The notes beneath the pieces were generated by a model. The model ran no database searches, was not told the origin of the DNA, and worked only from the letters and a program-made list of their open reading frames with translations. From positions 1 to 43,943 of the forward strand of contig CAXXHG010000042.1 in NCBI GenBank assembly GCA_963666315.2: DNA of 43,943 nt, written 5' to 3'. The translations under genes were made by a program, and so were the position numbers. Positions 38,296 to 43,943 of this stretch are shown here, one piece after another. The DNA is from Candidatus Binatia bacterium. GTDB taxonomy: Bacteria; Desulfobacterota; Binatia; Bin18. Position 1 is the stretch's first letter, and every line of letters begins with the position of its first letter.

Positions 38296-38780
38296 CTCCG
38301 ATTACCTGAATCCGGTTCGGCGCCGGAGTCTGTCCCCGTATGGCCGAATCCTCCCCGTCGGTGCGTCGTGTCCAAGGCATCGACTTCAGCCCAGCGGGCA
38401 TGAGTAACCGGGGCAATAATCAGTTGGGCGATCCTATCGCCCCGTTTAATCTCGACCGCTTGCTCTCCCAGGTTGATGAGTAAGACGTGCACCTCATCTC
38501 GATAATCGGCGTCTATGGTTCCCGGAGTGTTCAACATGGTGAGCCCGTGACGAAGCGCTAGTCCGCTCCGTGGGCGGATCTGGGCTTCATAGCCTGCAGG
38601 AATGGCCAGGGCAAAGCCAGTCGGAATCAAGGTTCTTTGGAGAGGCTGGAGAAGGATCTCGTGAGGGATATCCGCGGCGAGGTCCATACCGGCGGAGCCT
38701 GGTGTCATATAACGCGGCAGGGGAAGCACGGGAGTGCGGTCGTGAATACGTGTAATCGGAACAACAATCTCTGCGGCCAT
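38292..38780 (-). CDS. dut: dUTP diphosphatase
   Basis: SAGMDL, RPRSGLA, PGTIDADYR, GDRIAQL, R.GGFGHTG. Confidence 0.95.
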   Translation of the reverse strand: MAAEIVVPITRIHDRTPVLPLPRYMTPGSAGMDLAADIPHEILLQPLQRTLIPTGFALAIPAGYEAQIRPRSGLALRHGLTMLNTPGTIDADYRDEVHVLLINLGEQAVEIKRGDRIAQLIIAPVTHARWAEVDALDTTHRRGGFGHTGTDSGAEPDSGNRS

Positions 38781-38805
38781 GCTCCGGCGCGCCTTCCTAC
38801 TACTC

Positions 38806-38845
38806 CAAGTCGGTGCTGGTGCAGCCCAGCTTCAGCACCGACTTG
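38806..38845. other. strong stem-loop between pnp and dut
   Basis: perfect 13-bp inverted repeat CAAGTCGGTGCTG / CAGCACCGACTTG. Confidence 0.7.
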
Positions 38846-38873
38846 TTCTTTATCTCGGTGAGAAAATGAGGAA

Positions 38874-40976
38874 TTACGCGTTGTCTCGCGCAGCGCCTTG
38901 GTCTTCCATTGCTTCTCGAAGGCTGAGCCGAATTTTCCCCTGCCGGTCGATTTCAAGGACTTTGACTCTAATCTCGTCGCCCTCATTAACAACATCAGTG
39001 ACTCGGTTTACGCGTTCGGGCGCAAGCTGAGAAATGTGGACCAGGCCATCTTTCCCGGGCAAGATCTCGACAAAGGCGCCAAAGTCTACGACTTTCTTGA
39101 CCGTTCCCGTGTAGATCTTGCCTATTTCCGCGTCAGCTGTCACCGCGTCGATCTTACTGATCGCCCGATTCATTGCGTCTCCGTCAGCAGAGGCAATATA
39201 GACGGTACCATCATCTTCAACGTCAATCTTCACCCCTGTCTCTTCGACAATAGAGCGGATCATCTTCCCGCCCGGGCCAATCAAATCACGAATCTTGTCG
39301 GGTTTGATCTTCAAAGTCAGAATACGCGGGGCATACTCTGCCACTTCCTCTCGTGGCGTCTGGAGAGCCTCGGCCATCTTGTCCAGAATGTGCAGACGCC
39401 CGTCTCGTGCTTGGTAGAGAGCCTGCTGCATAATCTCACGCGTGACACCGGCGATTTTGATATCCATCTGGAGCGCGGTGATGCCTTCAGCCGTTCCTGC
39501 AATCTTAAAGTCCATATCACCAATATGGTCCTCGTCGCCGAGGATATCGCTGAGAATCCGCACCTCCCCCTCTTCTTTGATCAGGCCCATCGCAATGCCC
39601 GCAACAGGAGCGCTGATCGGTACTCCGGCATCCATCAGCGCAAGCGCCCCACTACAGACTGTGGCCATGGAGGAAGAACCGTTTGATTCAAGGATCTCTG
39701 AAACTATCCGGATGGTATACGGGAAGTCCTTGTCTGAGGGCAGGACAGCAAGCAGGGCTCGTTCGGCAAGCGCGCCGTGGCCAATCTCGCGTCGGCCAGG
39801 GTTACGCATCGGGCGTGCCTCGCCCACACTAAAAGGAGGGAAGTTGTAGTGCAGCATAAATTTCTTATACTGCTCACCGATGAGCGCATCCACCCGTTGC
39901 TCGTCGCCCGATGTTCCTAAGGTCGCAACCGCCAGCGCTTGGGTCTCACCACGGGTGAAAACCGAAGACCCGTGCGTTCGTGGCAATACACCCACCTCAC
40001 AGGAAATAGGCCGGATATCGGTGAGCCCTCGCCCGTCTAAACGCCGACGCTCGTCAATGATCATATTTCGGATGGTTCCGTCGGCCAGTTTTCCCAGCGC
40101 CTCTGCAACTTCCCCTGCCCGGTCCGCGAATTCTTCCCCTAACGCCTCAGTCGCCTCTCGCTTGGCAGCCTTGATAGCAGCCGCACGCTCTTGCTTAACA
40201 GCCACGGTTAAGGCGGAACTGAGCTTTTCTACAGCGACGGTCCGGACACGATCAGCCAGCGCTGTGTCAATCGAGGGCGCCTGAAAAACTCGTTTTGGCT
40301 TTCCTGCAACCCGGACCAATTCATCTTGCACATCAAGTAGGGGGGCTGCCGCTTCGTGAGCAAGAAAAAGCGCCTCAAGTATGTCTTCCTCGGACACGAT
40401 ACGCGCCCCGCCTTCGACCATAACCACGGCCTCCCGCCCAGCCGCAACAAATATATTAATATCGCTATCCTGGTATTGGCTTTGCAGCGGATTGACCACC
40501 AGATCCCCATTCAGACGCCCAACCCGAATCCCGGCAATCGGTCCCTGGAATGGGATGTCAGAAACTTGCAGTGCAGCCGACGCACCAATAAGGGCAAGCG
40601 TATCGGCATCATTCTCGCGATCAACCGACAGAACGGAAGCAACGATCTGGGTTTCACACGCAAAACCCGGCGGAAACAGCGGCCGAATCGCTCGGTCTAC
40701 AATGCGTGAAATGAGAATTTCACGCTCCGCCGGACGCCCTTCGCGCTTAAAGAATCCTCCAGGGATTTTCCCAGCGGCATACGTACGCTCCTGGTAATCA
40801 ACGGTGAGCGGGAAGAAATCTATCGCTTCGCGCGGGGAATTTGAGGCAACGGCGGTTACGAGGACAACGGTCTCTCCGTATTGAACGAAGGCGGCGCCAC
40901 TCGTCTGCTTAGCAAGACGCCCAGTCTCGATAGACAGCGGGCGTCCGTAGAATTCCATTTCAATCTTTTTATGCAT
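38874..40976 (-). CDS. pnp: polyribonucleotide nucleotidyltransferase
   Basis: [34 protein letters not shown] and S1 domains. Confidence 0.98.
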   Translation of the reverse strand: MHKKIEMEFYGRPLSIETGRLAKQTSGAAFVQYGETVVLVTAVASNSPREAIDFFPLTVDYQERTYAAGKIPGGFFKREGRPAEREILISRIVDRAIRPLFPPGFACETQIVASVLSVDRENDADTLALIGASAALQVSDIPFQGPIAGIRVGRLNGDLVVNPLQSQYQDSDINIFVAAGREAVVMVEGGARIVSEEDILEALFLAHEAAAPLLDVQDELVRVAGKPKRVFQAPSIDTALADRVRTVAVEKLSSALTVAVKQERAAAIKAAKREATEALGEEFADRAGEVAEALGKLADGTIRNMIIDERRRLDGRGLTDIRPISCEVGVLPRTHGSSVFTRGETQALAVATLGTSGDEQRVDALIGEQYKKFMLHYNFPPFSVGEARPMRNPGRREIGHGALAERALLAVLPSDKDFPYTIRIVSEILESNGSSSMATVCSGALALMDAGVPISAPVAGIAMGLIKEEGEVRILSDILGDEDHIGDMDFKIAGTAEGITALQMDIKIAGVTREIMQQALYQARDGRLHILDKMAEALQTPREEVAEYAPRILTLKIKPDKIRDLIGPGGKMIRSIVEETGVKIDVEDDGTVYIASADGDAMNRAISKIDAVTADAEIGKIYTGTVKKVVDFGAFVEILPGKDGLVHISQLAPERVNRVTDVVNEGDEIRVKVLEIDRQGKIRLSLREAMEDQGAARDNA

Positions 40977-41054
40977 GTTTTCCTTCAGTTTCTCTGTACC
41001 GGACTTCCTCTACGTAGGCGCTTTTCCGCCTTCGGAATATACACCGGGGGTTCC

Positions 41055-41327
41055 CTAGCGCCGGAGTCCGAGGCGTTGAATAATGCTCTGATAACGCTGC
41101 ACATCCTTGCGGCGCAGGTAGTCAAGCAGACGGCGGCGGCGGCCGACCATTTTGAGCAGTCCACGCCGTGAAAGGTGATCTTTTTTGTGTATCTTGAAAT
41201 GCTCAGTGAGGTGCACAATCCGCTTGGTTAGAATGGCAATTTGTACTTCGGGCGATCCGGTATCGTTGTCATGCACCCGAAACTGGCTGATGGTCTCGCT
41301 TTTCTGTTCAACCTCCTGAATATCCAT
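41055..41327 (-). CDS. rpsO: 30S ribosomal protein S15
   Basis: [31 protein letters not shown]; AAGGAG SD. Confidence 0.97.
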   Translation of the reverse strand: MDIQEVEQKSETISQFRVHDNDTGSPEVQIAILTKRIVHLTEHFKIHKKDHLSRRGLLKMVGRRRRLLDYLRRKDVQRYQSIIQRLGLRR

Positions 41328-41385
41328 TCCTGCTCCTTATATTTCCCTTTTTGCGTTTTTAACACGCTGTTTTCTTTGTGTAAAG

Positions 41386-42270
41386 TTAAAAGACTCGAAC
41401 GAGTCGCCAGGATCCTTCGTGTTGCCCAACGAATGCAATCAGTTCTTTATTCGGACCAAGGATCCGAACCGTCTCCGTAGGATCAGACGCCGTCGGCAAC
41501 TCCTGCAAAACCGATTGTTGACCCTGTTGGAGAAGAGCTACAGCCTGAGCGGGCAATGAGAAGGTACGATAGCCCTGCGTCGCTTGGACTAATGACAGCA
41601 GCGGCAAAGACGACTCCCCCTCTGGATCTTTAAGCAGGGAGAGGGGAACGGCCTGATCGATGCCATACGAACCAAAGGCCGTTCGTCGCAGTCGCGTCAC
41701 ATGGGCGACGCAATTCAGAGTCGCAGCCAGATCCGCAGCCAGCACACGAATATACGTCCCTTTTGAGCAGGAAACAGAAAAATGGATGGTATCAGCATCG
41801 CCTTGTGTCAAAGTAAGATGGGAGAGGTGCACCTTACGCGGCTCACGTTCTACCTCTAGGCCTCGCCGAGCTAATTTATACAGGGGAACGCCGTTGCGCT
41901 TAAGCGCGGAATACATCGGGGGCGTTTGCCAATATTCCCCGCTAAACCGCCGCTCCATTTCCGAAAGTGTCGTCGTCCAATTCGGAGGGACCGGAACCGT
42001 ACGAGTGACCGTTCCAGTACAGTCCAAGGTATCTGTTTCAACCCCGAGTTGCAGTGTTCCTTCATAGGATTTACACGCTGCCATTAGAAATGGTGACAGC
42101 TTGGTGCCGGCTCCAATGCAGATCGGCAAGAGGCCGCTCGCAAATGGATCAAGCGTACCCAGATGACCAATTTTCCTGACGTGCCGAGCCTTTTTGAGGA
42201 CGCGGACGACTTCGGCAGACGAATATCCTTCGGGCTTGTCGACAAGCAAGATTCCATCGAGTGTGGGCAC
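41386..42270 (-). CDS. truB: tRNA pseudouridine(55) synthase
   Basis: DKP.G, KIGH.GTLDPFASGLL, PPMYSA.K, CSKGTYIR. Confidence 0.96.
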   Translation of the reverse strand: MPTLDGILLVDKPEGYSSAEVVRVLKKARHVRKIGHLGTLDPFASGLLPICIGAGTKLSPFLMAACKSYEGTLQLGVETDTLDCTGTVTRTVPVPPNWTTTLSEMERRFSGEYWQTPPMYSALKRNGVPLYKLARRGLEVEREPRKVHLSHLTLTQGDADTIHFSVSCSKGTYIRVLAADLAATLNCVAHVTRLRRTAFGSYGIDQAVPLSLLKDPEGESSLPLLSLVQATQGYRTFSLPAQAVALLQQGQQSVLQELPTASDPTETVRILGPNKELIAFVGQHEGSWRLVRVF

Positions 42271-42617
42271 TAGTAGTCTTCCTGTTTGATTTTGTGAAAA
42301 AGATTTTCCAGGTGGTTCACCTCGTCGAACGTATTGTCATAGAAAAATTCAATCGTCGGCGTATAACGGAGTCGCAAACGCGTAGCGATCTGGCGCCGTA
42401 TATACCCAGTCGCACTCTGGAGACCGGCAAGCGCATTCGCACCGTCTTCGTCCTGCAGGGTCCGAAAAAAAATACGGGCAAGCCGGAGATCCGCACTCAT
42501 GGTTGCCGCAGTCACTGTGACCCCGTTAACTCGAGGGTCTTTGACTTCCCGCAACAAGATAGCTGCAACGGATTGAAGCAATAGACCACTAACGCGTTCG
42601 GAACGGCGCGAAGGCAT
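42270..42617 (-). CDS. rbfA: ribosome-binding factor A
   Basis: R.ERV, VKDPR, S.DL..A, LRYTP...F.YD; start at ATG 42617 or GTG 42641. Confidence 0.93.
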   Translation of the reverse strand: MPSRRSERVSGLLLQSVAAILLREVKDPRVNGVTVTAATMSADLRLARIFFRTLQDEDGANALAGLQSATGYIRRQIATRLRLRYTPTIEFFYDNTFDEVNHLENLFHKIKQEDY

Positions 42618-42637
42618 ACTATCACCGCTCTTGGCTG

Positions 42638-42739
42638 TCACTTTCGTTCAATAACGTGCGGCTTTACGTCTGGAAGGAAGCTGGCGCTGGACTTCCACTC
42701 ATACGCCTTTTCAACACCCGGGTCAGCACTCCTCGACAT
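42638..42739 (-). CDS. candidate 33-aa small ORF (36 aa from TTG 42748)
   Basis: MSRSADPGVEKAYEWKSSASFLPDVKPHVIERK*; TGA overlaps the in-frame rbfA GTG (GTGA); GGGAG 9 nt before TTG. Confidence 0.25.
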   Translation of the reverse strand: MSRSADPGVEKAYEWKSSASFLPDVKPHVIERK

Positions 42740-42763
42740 TGAAGACAAACGTACTGACTCCCT

Positions 42764-43051
42764 TTAGTAGTGCAGCAGCTCGACTTCTTCCTCACCCATG
42801 TCTGCAACATGGAGACGTTCAATAAAGTCCGTCACTGCATGTAAAGCTCCCTCAACATACGCATGCTCAGAACCGACCTGGCAGATGCCGAGGACCGTTT
42901 TCTGCCACAGATCTTGCTCCGCACATTCCGCAATGGAGACGTTGAATTCGTTCCGAACTCGGCTTTTAATCTTTCGGACGACCCCACGCTTCTCTTTGAG
43001 GGAGTGACTGTCTGGAATGTACAGAGCCAGCCGGAGCACACCCACAACCAT
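42764..43051 (-). CDS. DUF503 (YlxP) family protein
   Basis: MVVG, SHSLKEKR, FNVSIAE...QDLWQ; conserved position between infB and rbfA. Confidence 0.9.
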   Translation of the reverse strand: MVVGVLRLALYIPDSHSLKEKRGVVRKIKSRVRNEFNVSIAECAEQDLWQKTVLGICQVGSEHAYVEGALHAVTDFIERLHVADMGEEEVELLHY

Positions 43052-43141
43052 CGTCTACCTCTCGATTCGGGAAGAAGAGCGGAGAAATGTGAGGGGACAG
43101 ATCTGCCGCTGGCCTCGTTTCCCTGCTTCTTCTACTAACAA

Positions 43142-43943
43142 CTACGGTGCCCGTTGTTCGACTTCTTTGGGGCGTTGGTCATCAAGACGCCGCGCGACTT
43201 CTTCCAGCTCATAGACCTCTAAAATATCGCCGGCTTTGACATCTTGGAAATTTTCGACACTCGCACCACATTCAGTCCCGGCAGCCACCTCTCGGACATC
43301 ATTCTTAAAGCGGCGCAGGGTCGAGAGGCGCCCATCATGCACAACAACGTGATCCCGGACAACGCGGACTAATGCGCCACGATTGATTTCGCCCTCCACA
43401 ACCATACAGCCAGCCACCATGCCGATTTCTGAAACGGAAAAGACCTCTCGCACCTCTGCGCGGCCCAGCGGGTTCTCTTTATAGGTTGGGGCAAGCAGCC
43501 CTTCCATGGCGGCACGGACCTCGGCGATCGCCTCATAAATGATACCGTATAGCCGTAGGTCGATCCCTTCTCGATCAGCGAGTCGAGCAGCCTTGGTCTC
43601 AGGACGGACATTAAATCCAATAATAATACCCCTTGAAGCGGAGGCCAAGAGCACGTCAGATTCAGAAATACCCCCAACAGACGCGTGTAAAACTATTAAC
43701 TTCACCTCATCTGTAGACAAGCGAGTGAGAGCGTCCCGCACGGCTTCGGCTGAGCCGTGGACATCAGCTTTGATAATAACGCGCAACTCCTTCACTTCCC
43801 CAGCCTGCGTCTGTTTGTAGAAATCCTCGAGTGACGTGCGACTACTCTTCGTCAACTCCGTCTCGCGCCGCTTCACGCGCCGATGTTCCGCAATCTGTCG
43901 ACCCTTGGCCTCATCGACCAGGGAAACAAACGTATCCCCGGCC
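43142..43943 (-). CDS. infB: translation initiation factor IF-2 (C-terminal part; runs off the window)
   Basis: IIKADV.GS.EA, IIGFNVRP, G.AEVR..F, LRRFKNDV.EV..G.ECG. Confidence 0.97.
   Translation of the reverse strand, partial: AGDTFVSLVDEAKGRQIAEHRRVKRRETELTKSSRTSLEDFYKQTQAGEVKELRVIIKADVHGSAEAVRDALTRLSTDEVKLIVLHASVGGISESDVLLASASRGIIIGFNVRPETKAARLADREGIDLRLYGIIYEAIAEVRAAMEGLLAPTYKENPLGRAEVREVFSVSEIGMVAGCMVVEGEINRGALVRVVRDHVVVHDGRLSTLRRFKNDVREVAAGTECGASVENFQDVKAGDILEVYELEEVARRLDDQRPKEVEQRAP

Noticed and set aside
38490-38530. dut motif III reads DYRDE instead of DYRGE
   Set aside because: Single substitution with the catalytic Asp and Tyr intact; not enough to claim altered function.
38806-38845. 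Resemblance of AGTCGGTGC to a tracrRNA 3' hairpin
   Set aside because: Short coincidental match with no anti-repeat or cas9.

Overview
Chromosomal window from a Gram-negative bacterium; gene style suggests a deltaproteobacterial-grade lineage such as Binatia, but this is inference. From left to right it contains: the tail of a BtuF-like binding protein; a small DnaB-N-like ORF; moaB and a MoaD-MoaE fusion; a partial ethylmalonyl-CoA pathway cluster (hbd, meaB, ecm, mcl, mcd) enclosing an exported Cys/His-repeat protein; a reduced type II secretion operon (gspF-G-L-M-C/N-D, with no gspE or gspHIJK) ending in a TMTC-like membrane glycosyltransferase; a decayed luciferase-like monooxygenase gene; a DHS-like gene with gmhA; a free-standing 5S rRNA with its own promoter; tRNA-Gly(CCC), yacG, a divergent lpxA and tRNA-Cys; purB-S-Q-L-F; nadB; slt (frameshifted), pgsA and an epimerase; bolA, a crotonase, polA, tRNA-Gly(GCC) and dut; and the infB-ylxP-rbfA-truB-rpsO-pnp operon. 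Several intergenic spaces hold 130-160 bp MITE-like elements. Two of them have 17-bp terminal inverted repeats and 3-bp TAA/TTA target duplications wrapped around covarying REP doublets. The strongest leads are these REP-carrying MITEs, the minimal T2SS plus glycosyltransferase operon, the orphan 5S rRNA, the Cys/His protein and the substituted LpxA. Four single-base frameshifts lie in short base runs and may be sequencing errors. No database searches were run; all family calls are by motif recognition.
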